Below are positions 63,301 to 64,000 of a stretch of DNA of 64,000 nt, one piece after another. Position 1 is the first letter of the stretch, and each line of letters begins with the position of its first letter. The stretch comes from Malacoraja senta (taxonomy: Eukaryota), in contig JAXLNO010002575.1 in NCBI GenBank assembly GCA_038087875.1, positions 682,001 to 746,000 on the forward strand, read 5' to 3'. The position numbers and the translations under genes were made by a program. The notes under the pieces were generated by a model. That model did not search any database, was not told where the DNA came from, and was given only the letters and a program-made list of their open reading frames with translations.

Positions 63301-64000
63301 AACCTACCCCCCCATTTCTTCCCCTCCCCTGTGCCCCATCTGGACATGCATCTATTTCTGCCCTCCCCCGTCCCCTTCATCCATTCCTCTATTTTCACAA
63401 TTCACCATTCTTTAATTCCTTTTGTCTTTTCATCTCTGGCCTTTGTCCAATCATTTGCCTGTCGGAAAATCCTCTCTACAACATTTTAGTTTAGTTTATT
63501 GTCACGTGTACAGAGGTACAGTGAAAAGCTTTTGTTGCCTGTTAACCAGTCAGCGTAAAGACAATACATGATTACAAACTAACCATTTACAGTGTAGAGA
63601 TACATGATGAGGGAATAACATTTAGTGCAAGGTAAAGCCAGTAAAGTCCGATCAAAGAAAGTCCGAGGGTCACCAATGATGCAGATAGTAGTTCAGGACT
63701 GCTCTCTCATGTTGGTATCTATCACCTATCATCTGCCATACTTTGTTCTGCCCCTCCTCTCTTCCAGCTTTATTTACCCCCACAATCAGTTTGAAGAATG
63801 GTCCTGACCCAAAACCTTAGCATCCCACGCTCTCCAGTAATGCTGCCCGTCCCACTGAGTTATTCCAAAACTGTGTCTTATTTTGTTAACCAGCATCTTC
63901 AGTTCCTCCTTTCTTCTTTCTCCTCCTTCCCAGTCCTGAAGGGTCTCTGGCCTGAAACATTAGCTCTGCTTTCCTGCCCACAGATGCGGCCTGACCTACT

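Overview
Eukaryotic, repeat-dense vertebrate DNA. The HE1/V-SINE-type SINEs, CR1, Penelope-like elements and the MHC gene point to a cartilaginous fish, probably a skate or ray (inference). The one host gene I can support is a minus-strand MHC class I heavy-chain gene spread over at least 37 kb: alpha1 52407-52667, alpha2 38213-38486, alpha3 30837-31103, TM 26938-27045 and a probable cytoplasmic/3' exon from 15762 (stop 15722, AATAAA 15665-15670). No leader exon was found. It looks non-classical: Y7, Y59, R84, K146, W147 and Y171 are kept, but T143F, Y159L and W167L occur (HLA numbering, by-eye alignment), and the probable tail has a CD1-like YQNV motif. As assembled, alpha2 is 2 nt short (274 vs 276), a frameshift that is either a null allele/pseudogene or an assembly indel. 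The rest is transposable elements: a Gmr1-type Gypsy LTR element with integrase before RT (2167-8045), a near full-length L1-clade LINE with a second L1 nested inside it, a hAT (Charlie/Buster-like) transposon with TIRs and TSD, young CR1s, Rex/Babar, L2, RTE, DIRS and Penelope fragments, many SINEs, and a MITE. Numerous Penelope terminal repeats carry a minimal hammerhead-ribozyme-like motif. One 143-N gap is present. All calls are from reading the sequence by eye; no searches were run, and most repeat boundaries are approximate.
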